From contig JAWMAR010000201.1 of the NCBI GenBank assembly GCA_036785375.1, positions 992,001-1,056,000 on the forward strand: a DNA stretch of 64,000 nucleotides. Reading direction: 5' to 3'. Both the position numbers and the translations under genes were made by a program. This DNA is from Leucoraja ocellata (taxonomy: Eukaryota). The notes beneath the pieces are model-generated. The model ran no database searches, was not told where the DNA came from, and saw nothing but the letters and a program-made list of their open reading frames with translations. Below, piece by piece: positions 11,583-23,000 of the stretch. Position 1 is the first letter of the stretch. Every line of letters starts with the position of its first letter.

Positions 11583-14500
11583 CTTAAAAAGAGAGAGAGA
11601 GGAATTACTGTTTGAACATACGTCCAATCAACATGTTAAAGCAGAACTTCACAGGAATCGACTCCGTCATTGCAATATTAGAATTCAAACCCCTCAATAT
11701 AACCGAAAAGTATTATTATCGTTGGCAAGTCAAGATCAGGCAATAGCTGCAAAAATATTTTTGAATTTTTAAATATGTTACCACTCCTCCTATCCAATCT
11801 ACTTCCAATCTGTGAGATGAGAGCAATTCGGGTATGAGTGAAAGTTGATTAGGCAGCATCTGAAAGAGTGCGGTATTAAATAGGTTTGGTAAATATGAGT
11901 GCAATCGGAATTAAAAAGAAACTGCAAGGCATAAGATGTATATGGTTGAAATTCTGACTTTCGAGGAAAGGTTATATTAGATGGTAAAGATCAATTATTC
12001 CAGCATCGCTGGAAACACAGAGGACTGCAGGTGCTGTAATTTGGCAACATTTAAAAGCGCTATAGGAACTCAGCGGACTAAGCGGATATCTGTGGAGCCT
12101 CAACGATAGTTGCCTTTTCGAGAACCGGTATCAGGAATTCAGATGCAAGCTCTCGACTAGAATGCTCGATTGGAAGCCTCGACAGCTGATTGGTGGGATG
12201 TCAGAGGGGACACGTCGAACATTTTTGGATACATCCCTAAATCTCCAATGGATTTTAGGATACATCTCTAAATCCGTTGTCCCCGACCTTAAATCAGGGA
12301 AGTCTAATGCGCTTGACCCGACTTTTCCCTCCAGATGTTTACATTTTTTGCAATGAACATCACGATCAAGCACTTCCAGACACTTTCCTAAATCTAATCG
12401 CAATGACATCAAAAGTGAGAACGTTCCTTATTTTGTGCACAGTGATCCCATCAATTCATATCTCCCCGTAAAATCTATGATCGCTTTATTTTTTTAATCA
12501 AAAGTTAAACATGTGCTGAAATATGTCAAGTAACAGTGTCAGCACAGAAGTAGCAGCAAGGGACAAGTTCTAAACCTAATTTCCCATCGTCGATATTCAA
12601 CAGTATTAGTACGATCAAGACCCGTTGATGCTTTTTCGAGAGTGGAATAGGGGTCATTTAGTTCTAAATAGACTAGGGCCTGCCAAAGAAACTGCACGGC
12701 TATATCTACAGGTGTATTTGGGTACCTTGCAGCAAAAGACAAGCCCGCACCACTAGCTCTTCGCGACGTTTCGAAGCATCAGTTGTGGAAAATAGACAAT
12801 AGACAATAGACAAAAGGTGCAGGAGTAGGCCATTCGGCCCTTCGAGCCAGCACCGCCATTCAATGTGATAATGGCTGATCATCCCCAATCAGTACCCTGT
12901 TCCTGCCTTCTCCCCATATCCCATCGTCCCATTCCCCAGAATGCTGACCTCGTTTCTGGATGATTCAACAGGAACCAGATGTCATCTAGAATGCAGCCTT
13001 CCCTTTGATATTGCGCCACCAACTACTAGAATCGCTGATGATCTCCACCACTAGGTACCAGTGCTGCAGAGTCTATCATCTGCAAAATGGATTGCAGTTG
13101 TTGGCGCACCAATTCTGACAGCGCCTCCAAAGGCACAACCACTGTTACTATGACAATCATGGGCAGTATTTGCATGGGAGCGCAGCAACCTTCGCGATTC
13201 CCCTCAATGTCGATTGGAAATATATCGCTGTGTATTATCCGTCATGTGTACCGGTACCATACCTAACATCACTGCAAGGATACGTTCACCAGAAAGAGGT
13301 TAGTGGTATCATAAAGTGGCTCGCACTTGTAAACTCATGCTTACGTAGAAATGGAAAGAAAATGCATTTGACTATTGCGGAAAACGAACAAAATGTGCGA
13401 AGTTCTCTACAAAGCAGAAAGTACTTAAATCAGACATTATTCACATACAACAGTTATTTGTACCTGGCATTAGTGCTGAGATCACAGTCTCGTTTGTATC
13501 CCAGCTTCTCACTTTCGAATGCGTTTGCCTCTTCATTCAAATTGTTTAGCTTGGTCTGTGGGTGAATCTGCATTGGACTGTGAGAGTGCTGCAAGACTGT
13601 GAGTGCGTCACATTCTGGGTTATAGCAGTGTGTAGGTGTCAAGGAGTCTATTGTATAAGGTTATGGCGTATTGGTGTGGCTGTATCTGGAGTGCTAGGTA
13701 TAGCTCTGGTCTCCACTGTGCAGGAATGATGTGATTGCCCCAAAGAAAACTTACAGGAATAAGATTTTACCTTTGATGGAAAGGAATTGAAAGATCGGAT
13801 AAGCTTTAGTTGTTATCTTTGAAGATAAAGAAAATTTCGCGAAGAGACTGGGAAAAGTCTGCAAGATTATGAGGGTAGAAAAAACATAGCATGCAACACG
13901 CCCGAAATCGCGATTAAAGTAAATTTACGAGGGCGTAGGTTTGGGGCAACAAAAGGAAAGGGGTTCGGAAGGGTCTAAGGAAAAGGTTATATTCCTATAT
14001 TTCAGGGAGCAGACGGATTTTAAAAGCATTGCCTGCACGGTTGAAGAAAGCTACTACACTCTAATGGTCAACATAGACACCGAGAGCCCAAGAATTACTT
14101 CCCAGCTATATGATTGTGGTTTGACGTGTCAGCGTATGAATGGATTTACCTGCCACTGCCTGAGTGAGTATAATATTACTATGTCCGAGAAGGTGTCAAG
14201 GAACGATAAAATAAAATAGTCGATGAGTACTTAAACAGACAACTAGATGGCAGAAATCCACATGGTGTGCGAGAAGCGACGGATTCTCGTCGAAATAAAT
14301 GGCTTTTCCATGTAATAGAATGAAATGAGGTCTCTAAGAGGTCAGATTCAGAAATCATTTAATGTACTCTCCAAGTTCAGCAAAATGCAAAAGATGTATG
14401 TGGGATTACTACTGCATAATAAGATAGATTAATATAAATACCTTACTTTGAACATTTAGAAAAATAGTTGCCGTGCATGCTGAAAATAAGTTCATAGAAA

Positions 14501-15984
14501 GCTGCTGCAAATGTTTAACAATGCAACACTCAACCTGATTCTGGGTTTCTCTTCCAGTAAAGGACAGAAACAAAATTAGGTTATCAAAAATTCTGGTGTC
14601 AAAATGATACTATTTTTTAACAATCATATTTCATGGTTCTATCATGTTTATTGTGTGCAAAACGATAGGCACAAATCGTTTGAAAATCGAGTTGTAAATT
14701 CTGATTTTACAAATTAAGAAATTCCGAAAACGCATTCAGCGCCGAGCTTTAGTTTTTTAAGGTTAGTTTAGAGAAACAGAGCGGAAACAGGCCCTTCGGC
14801 CCACCCACCGGATCCGCGCCGACAAGCGCTCCCCGCATATTAACACCCACTATGGATACTTTTTACATTTACCAAGCCAATTAACCTACAGACCTGTACG
14901 TCTTTGGAGTGTGGGAGGAAACCGAAGATCTCGGAAAAAACCCACGCGGTCATGGGGAGAACATACACACTCCGTATAGACAACGGGTCGGGATCGAACC
15001 CGGGTCTCCGGCGCTGCATTCGCTGTAAGGCAGCAACTCTACCGCTGCGCCACCGTGCCGATCTTGTTGAATTGAAAAGTGACGAAGTTTATTGTGTAAC
15101 TTGATCCTCCGCGGATCAAGAGATTGTTCATCTCTTAAGGGCAATTACACAAAACAAATAGGCATTGCTAGACTTAGTAATGTTTCAGAAATAAGGCGTT
15201 AATGTCAAATCCATGCGTGAGAAGAAATTGCTCTATTTTAATGTCGATCTTTTCACACATCTTACAGAATATCTAAAACAAGTAGCAAGTGACAAATTCG
15301 CTGCAAGCTAATGTATTAAAACGCTAAAGCAAGCTCTGTTTATGAAATCAACGATCTTAAAATATTATTTCTGAGCAGATGTGATAGGAAAGAGCTATAG
15401 ATGCTGATCTATGCAAAGAAAGACGTACACATCTAGAGTAACTCTGCGGGTCAGACAGCATCACCTTTTCTCCAGAAATGCTGCGTAACCGCTGAGTTAT
15501 TCCAGCAGTTTGTGTCACTTTTATTTCTAAGTAGAACCTTGTTATTTTGTCAAATGGTTCGCCACCAGAAAGAGTACACAACGATATTTACAGATAACAC
15601 CAGCAATATGTGATCACCTGCACGGTTTAGAATCCAATGCGCCCTATTAATGGCAATGTTGGGATATAATTACTCAACGTAATACTACAGCGACACTTCG
15701 ACTGCTCTCGCCGTCGATGAATGCCACATACCGTGTTTAATGATTTCACAGTTTACGATTTTCGCTAAACATAATACTGTTTTGGCAACGCCGTAAGTTA
15801 CTGGTGGTTACATTCAGCTGCAGGAATATAGTACATCGCAAATGTAAATCGGGGTAACTGATTTAAAGAGATAACCGTTTATGATTTCCGTCGGCAACAG
15901 AATAACGCGTCACTTACCAATAACACCAAAAATGGCGAGTGTCAAATAATATATTTTCTTGACACCCGCGAATGCTTCCAGCAT
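10681..15984 (-). CDS. GPR139/GPR142-like orphan class A GPCR, paralog B (2 exons: 15918-15984, 10681-11582; 322 aa)
   Basis: Exon 1 MLEAFAGVKKIYYLTLAIFGVI, then G|GTAAGT. The acceptor ctctttttaAG at 11584-11583 continues VNLVAIVILSRGKC... 67+902=969 nt, open frame; motifs DRFLAIC, NCCTNTFIY. Confidence 0.9.
12540..12750 (-). mobile_element. Degraded Rex1/Babar-type reverse transcriptase fragment
   Basis: FAARYPNTPVDIAVQFLWQALVYLE resembles the QFAYRxxxxVDDA..LH.AL.HLE RT motif. Confidence 0.4.
14750..15060 (-). mobile_element. tRNA-derived V-SINE (HE1/DANA-like)
   Basis: Minus strand starts GGCACGGTGGCGCAGCGGTAG (A box) ... GGGTTCGATCCCG (B box), then the core GGTTTCCTCCCACACTCCAAAGAC and a LINE-like tail. 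Confidence 0.85.
15918..15984 (-). CDS. Exon 1 of GPCR paralog B
   Basis: 67-nt ATG exon, same length and phase as in paralog A. Confidence 0.85.
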
Positions 15985-16049
15985 TTTCGTCCGAAATGGA
16001 TTGTCTCCTTACGACAGCCAATATGTCCGGGTGTACATCGTTAGGTAGG

Positions 16050-16225
16050 GTGATATATAATTTGTAGTCACTCCGCTGGGACATTGCAGCACCGCACAAA
16101 ATGTTTATTATTACATTTTAAACAGTGATACGGCGGCAGCTAAATTAATTCCCAGGCGTCTGGTTGTTTAGTGGCGAGACCACGCTGTGAAACAAAATGA
16201 TGGTTGAGCAACTCTGATCACATTA
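16050..16225 (-). promoter_or_regulatory. Proximal promoter of GPCR B
   Basis: TATATA near 16054; CTCCGCTGGGACATTGCAGCACC (16071-16093) and AACTCTGATCACATTA (16210-16225) shared with paralog A. Confidence 0.6.
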
Positions 16226-16975
16226 GTTAGCAATATTTAAAATTTGCATAGTTATAACAAGGGCGGCTCCTTCAGTCACCAACAAATGCATCTGTTCATG
16301 TCATACTATTTTGGTCATGAACTTCCATCTTCATTGTGCAGTACACTTATACTTTTTTGAGATGTTTCGCTCTATCACCCCGCCCATGAACCTTCTTGAA
16401 AATATATCATGTTAACTTTCTCACTTATTCGTTGCGAGTGATATGGAAGTTTTACTTCCCCCTACGCTAAAGGTGAGTCGTATACGCTGTATCTCTCAAA
16501 TGTTAATTCATGTCAACGCGGACAAGATCCTACCGCAGCATCATCATTGCCCCCGACATGTAATGTAGTCAAACTGAAACTGAAGTCAAAGCAATTCTAT
16601 CTAAAAGAGGCATAACCACACATATCTGTCGAGATATTCTGTATGCGTTGTCAACAATTGTAGGCAACTTCACGCGCTTGAATATAATTCATTAACCTCC
16701 ATGCCCAGAAATTGGAGACAAAGACTGCAGAAGTTGAAATTTCGAGCAAAAAAACTACCGGAGCGCTCATGCAGCGTCTGTGTAGATATAGGCATGGTGG
16801 ACCACCAGAAACCTCGAATATCCCTCTGCTTCCACATATGCTGCCATAACTGCTGAGTTGCGTCACCAGCTTTCTCATTGTCCATGCCCAGAAAAGTTAT
16901 GCGGTATTTCAATTAACATTGTATCTCTCTCAGATGCATCTCATCGGATGATTAGTGGTGTCCAGCAGGGTTGGT

Positions 16976-17067
16976 CCATGATCAATATTTTCATACTAAA
17001 CATCTGACCAAAAACTTCCACAGTACATATTTTAGTCAGATGTTTGGTATGAAAATATTGATCATGG
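16976..17067. repeat. 38-bp inverted repeat with 16-nt loop
   Basis: Arms 16976-17013 and 17030-17067, 2 mismatches. Confidence 0.9.
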
Positions 17068-17608
17068 GTAGACAATAACACAAATAAAGATAATTCAGAT
17101 GTTCTTATGCCATGATTGTGCAAAATATAATGATTATGATTATTTTGAGAGTGGATGTTTGTGGATTTTGAACAAATGTCTGTGTAAAACGGCCCTTGCC
17201 TGCTGCAGTGTTATAAACTATCAGAGTAAAATTTATGGGAATTAAACATTCAATTCCTTCCATTTGGCATAGAAATTCATGACAAAGTGAGATTTAAAAA
17301 TCATGTTATATTGTGAATTCTTGTGTGAATTAAATCAGTTTGTTATTTGGATATGTTGGCTATTTAAAACAAATATTGTTAGCCTTTTCTTAAGAATGGG
17401 ATAGATGTTAGATCTAGTAATTGAATTTAGATTTGATGACGCTGATGAATATGATTTTTTTGTGGGGTATTTACTATTTGTTTTAACGTTAAACTTGTGG
17501 TAGGCATTTTGTTGAACAAAATCATTTCTACTTTTTTTTCTAGAACTGCAAATAATAACTTGTTTCTGTTTATACTGTTTAGTGTTTTTTTCTTTACATT
17601 TTAAACAG

Positions 17609-19580
17609 ATGCCTCCGAATAAGATATGCAAAATTGTCAATCCAAATGCCCAGCCTGGCATAGCTAGAGCTCACCTTGAAGTGAATTTCTCTGTCATTCC
17701 TGAGTCTAAGCGGGATCTTAAAAATGGAAACATCTTGTACTTGTATACCTCATTTGGAAAAAGTGTCTGAAACAGAGAAATCGCTGAGTTCACATTTCTC
17801 TTTGTCGGATGCAGAAGGCTATTCATTTGCTGCTGTTAACTCAAAGGTGAGGATTCTCGTTAACCGGACTTTGCTTAAACTTAAAAAACTCAGCAATCCC
17901 AAGGAACCTGGAATATTTACGAAAATTTGTGATGAAATTTTTAAACTTCCAGAAGGTAGTCAACACATTTATTTAGATGACATTCCACTGCCTGGTGCTC
18001 AAGATCCTGAATCCTTGACATCAGCCAAAAGCCAGTGCCCATATTTCAAGACATGGAGGACCTGGGCGATGACAGTCATAGCATGCATCCGCCACTGAAT
18101 CTAGCAATGCTAACGACAGCTGTTGCCTCTCCTGAACCAATGCCATCGACATCTAGTCTATCAACAAGATGTAGCAGAGACTTAGGTCTATCGCCAAGGA
18201 AAAAGAAAATGAAGAAAAGACTAAGCTTTCTGTCTACATCCAAGGTCGCTCTTGCACTAAAGTATCGCACAAAGATCAGTGAACTTAGGGCACAGTTGAA
18301 AACTCCCAAATGTGTAGTTAATTAAGCCTTAACGATAGAAAGCAAAACCGAATAGATTTAAGGGACAGAAAGGTTCAAGAACTCAAAACCAAATTATGTG
18401 GGAATACTTTGGCATGAGAGCTTGCTGAAACCAAGGCAGAGTTTTTGAGACTTAAAAAAGCACACAGACACGGAGGTTGCAGGTGGTTGCCAGAGGTTGC
18501 AGGTAGTGGAAGCAGGTAGGGAGACTGACAAAAACCTCTGGGAACCTCCGGGAACTGCACGGAAACCTTGGGTGGGCCGCACAGTTTCCAGAGGTTTCCG
18601 TTCAGGTTTCCTAATTGGGACAGGGGCATTACTCCTCAACAACAAGGATACGTGTTTGACTGTATTGTAAACAAAACTCCCACAATAAAAATTTCAATCC
18701 TGATAAGCCAGTTCTACAAGGGGAGTGGACTTGATCTGGATCATATTCCTCAACACAGTGCAGTTGAATTTATGGCCCGAGAATTGGGAGCTATTGCTGA
18801 GTTACAGACAGCAGAGATGATCCTAGCAACAAAAGGATTTGACTGTTGGTTTTGATGTAACCACCCAAGAAGATACCCATATTTCACCACCACAAATAAA
18901 TGTCTTTCCGCAGCAGTCGATGAATTGGCTGATGGGACTGCTGAGGACTATGCACAACATATTTGCAATACTGTTGACAAGTTCTGTGAAACATACACTT
19001 ATTTCAATGAGCAAGCGGATTTCCAAGACGCCAGGCAAAAGATGATAGACAACATTACAAATACACTGAGTGACAGGTGTGCAGCTAATCATGCTGCTAT
19101 TAGGATTGTGAACAGTGAGTTGGGTAAATCTTTGAATGAACTCTACTGCCATTTGCATCCTCTTGACTCCATCGCAATATCAGTTTGACCAGCCCTCAAA
19201 AAGCACAAACAATCCAGAGGCAAATTCTTGTTTGTGAAGGACTGTCTAGCAGGAAATGTCATACTGCAGATGAACAAACTTCAGTACCAGAATGGAAAAG
19301 GGGATCCAAAAGGATTTGTTGCATTTTTGGAAGAAAGGAACATCCCCCGAGGTGTCCTCCCATGGTACCGTGGCAACAGATTACATATACTTTTCCATTT
19401 TAGTGGCAAGCTCATAGAAAATTATGATGACTTTGTTGCCCTGCTGAGTAGCGGGACATCCTGTGGGGGGTTGAGAAGAGCCATCCTCCATGACTTCACC
19501 CAGGCTGATGCAAAAGTAGAACTTCAGATATTAGGCTTACTTGGCAAATATCTGACTATGCCTTGGATGAAGCACTTTAT
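17609..19580 (+). pseudogene. Decayed DDE-type DNA transposase (CxxH-motif group)
   Basis: Frameshifted pieces: VGFDVTTQ (first D), NTLSDRCAAN (second D), YCHLHPLD (CxxH), GNRLHILF, LGLLGKYLTMPW; internal stops; truncated at ~19580. Confidence 0.65.
18466..18630. mobile_element. PIF/Harbinger-like MITE end nested in the transposase
   Basis: Ends CCTAATTGGGACAGGGGCATTA, an inverted match to the GGGCCTGTCCCACTTAGG terminus at 60078. Confidence 0.55.
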
Positions 19581-20017
19581 TTTTTACCAAATAATTAAGG
19601 CTCCTGTGCCAGCATTGCTGCTCAGCCGTATTTGTTACTCCTTTTTCCCCCTGCACCTTGTGCACATGAGCGCTATATGACACTAGGTATCTTTGTATCT
19701 GCATCCTTATGGAATGTGCCTTAAATAAGCGTTTAGTGCAACTGAAATAAGTTAAACTTAGAAAATATATGATTAGTTCAAAATAAACTGATGCGAAGAA
19801 GTTTGGTGAAAACGTGGGGTAATGATTGTAAAAACAGTGATTAGATGGACACGATAGAACGAAGCACAAATTGTGTTAGTTTAATTCCAAGAAGGTGTTG
19901 TAATTTGAGAAGAACCAAGAGAAGAGTCAAGAGATACGTCTTCTTGAGAAATTTAGGACAAAATCTCATCGGTATTTTCACATTCAGAACTTCCCAAAAA
20001 TGTGCTCTTCGTCCTGT

Positions 20018-20074
20018 TCAGCTCAGATCATGCTCAGAAACACACTGGGAGAGATACATCTCTTGCAGTTGTGC
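20018..20074 (-). CDS. NTPase exon 12 (AQLQEMYLSQCVSEHDLS*)
   Basis: ttctgtAG acceptor, phase 0; TGA at 20020-20018. Confidence 0.78.
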   Translation of the reverse strand, partial: AQLQEMYLSQCVSEHDLS

Positions 20075-23000
20075 CTACAGAAATAAATGAAGGGAATTAT
20101 TTTAACAAAAGTCACTCGAGAAGGAAAGATATTAACAGCATGACATTATTCACACACCATGGAAAATATATATTCAGAGAACGCAAATACATGAAATAAT
20201 GAAGGAAAATAAACTAATATTAGAATGAAGAGAGAATTTTAAAAGCAGACAAAAAGATGTTGCCAGGATAGGGTGTGAAATACCTTTTTCTGAAACAAGG
20301 TGCTCTGAACATAGTCAAGGTTCACCTGGAGTCTCTTTCGCTCCTTCCTGCTTAGTTTAGGTTTGGTGCTGGAGATTAAAAAAGTAAACTTTAGCTAGAA
20401 CCAAAAAACAATTATTAGTTTAAAACTGGTGATCTACACCTGCAGGTTATTTGCAAAGAAAACATCTGAGATGTTATTTAACTCTATGTATTTGACATCT
20501 GTGGAGGCCAAGTTGTTTGGGTATTTTTAAAACAGACTGACAGATATTGATTAGTAAGTGTGTCAAGGGTTATGGGAAAAAGGCAGTAGCATGGCATTGA
20601 GAGGGAAAGATAGATCAGCCATGATTGAATTGCGGAGTAGACTAGATGGGTCGAATGGCTTACTTCTGCACCTATGTCTTATGAATTTATGAATTTTTGA
20701 CTTGCCTAATTCCAACGAGGAAACATGTGTATTTATATCCCACATCCTTTCGTCCATACCACTATCCAGAAACTGCTCAGCTTATGGCCACCTACGTTAT
20801 GTACATGGATTATGGAACATTTCCTGATCGTTCCCATTTATATTCATGCAGCTGATATGTTCAGTCCTTACAGAAATACGCGTCTACTATACCTAAAGTA
20901 GGTAGTCTGTATTCCACTAATTTAATATATTCATTAAACTTTTATCAAGTCTAGGTATGCTGACATAAAAGTAAATTGCTGCATGCCTACTGTCTTAATA
21001 GTTAATTATTTTAAATAGATTATCATATATGGTAAAATTACCAGAATCTGAGCTATCCAAAACGGAATTAAAATAATGGGGCAATGCTAAAAACAAACAG
21101 AAATTGCTAAACATTCTCAGCAGGTCACAACATGACTTAAGAAGGTTCAGTGAAATGTAAAGTTATCTCTGCTTCCTTCTCCTAGCCTACATATTCTTTC
21201 CAGAATTACCTTTCGAATTATTTCAGATTTCCAGCATTTGCATTATTTTGCTTTTCGATGACGTGTGTATATCCATCCATAACTTTCGGATCTTATGTCA
21301 ATATTTGAGTAGATTGTGCGGTCAATGGTGTCGTTTATTTTCTTTTTCAGCGGATATATGGTAATAAAAATGTGTATTTTGAGGCAGCCTGTGGATGGCG
21401 GGAATATAAAACTTATTTGCTTGAAAGATTTCAGGAGCTTTTGAAAATTGCTGAGGATGTTGGGCAGGGCATTGAATTTATATGTGATTGAGTGTAATCA
21501 AGTTACTGATTCAGTTAGACACAAAAAGCTGGAGTAACTCAGCGGGACATGCAGCATCTCTGGAAAAAAGGAATTGGTGACGTTTCCGGTCGAGACCCTT
21601 CTTCAGACTCAGTTTCATCGGGTCGAGACCTTTCTTCAGACTTCAGATTCAGTTAGCTGAACTAATGGAGAGAACATGTTAGCTGAATTTTCCACTCAAT
21701 CCAATTAAAATGGAAAGTATTTCAAGTTCAGTGAATTTAGAGAGAAGGGACAAACACATATAATCAAAGAATGGGAATGTGGGAGGGGATATAAAAAAGC
21801 AAATTCAAAAATTATAATAGTACAATATTCTATGGAAAGACCTGGTTGATAATATAAGAATAACTACGTTAATCTTGGATTATAGTTTGAACCCAGATTT
21901 CAGTGTTTATTTTATTGCAATTGACAACATGGATATTGGAATTAAAAGGCCCCACAAGGTATAGTGTTCAGTGTGTGGGAAGGAACTGCCGCTGTGGGTT
22001 TGCATTAAAGATAGACACAAAATTCTGGAGCAACTCAACAGGTCTGGCAGCATCATTGGTGAAAAATAGTAGGTGACATTTTGGGTCGGAACTCTTCTTC
22101 AGTCTGAATGTTAATTAATATAGGAGTGGAAAAATATTTCTGTACACCTAGCTAATACAAATGCTATGCCATGAATCTTAAGGCCATTCCTTGTGTGATA
22201 ATGTCGCTATTAATTGGGGTTTAATTTACACTCTTCACTCGTTGTGTGCAACACATTATTTCCAGTCATGGCTCTCACTTGCTTGATCCATCCCACCACA
22301 AATTTATGCTACATGACTCTCTGCTTACTCGCTCACTTGTTCCTATGCTTTTGCCTTGCTCCTCCTTGCAACTATTAGTTTTTACACGACGCGTGTAATC
22401 GCCAGTTCAATTAATCATCCTCACCACTTAGTGCCTCTGACAGGTTATATTGTCCATTTCCCTTGTTAACCAAAACTATTTCCCTTCATTACAACATTAC
22501 GACAATCACCTGCAAAAACATTTGGAAAGTAGCTTCGAAACGACCATAAAACCGATCAGAATAATTAGGCCCAGCAAATAACTGCCTCCGGTCAGCCAGT
22601 TCCAGGTTGTACATACTATCCACTAGCAGGAAAAAAGAAAAAAAGAACAATGACGCATTTGGAATGTCAAGGTTAAACGCAGAAAACCCCTCACATTACA
22701 TTCTTTGGTCAAATGCGAAGATTATTTTCACAATTAGATTGGTCTTAGATCCAACAGTTTGGAAATGTGTTTGGTGTCATTGTGGTGTTGGGATTTGGTT
22801 GGGATTATGATTTTAGTCGCTAGTGTCTTATTAAGCAGAGCAAACATAAAAGACACGAAAACTTCAATTCCATTAGTACTAAAATATAATCTGGATCGGT
22901 GCATGGTAAAAAAAAATACATGTACTTTTCACTCAATGACCAGAGAATGATCAGCACCAGGTGGACATACTGTATGGTAGAGACACAGCTATGTTATTAA

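Noticed and set aside
14985-15060. tRNA-like A and B boxes
   Set aside because: SINE head, not a tRNA gene.
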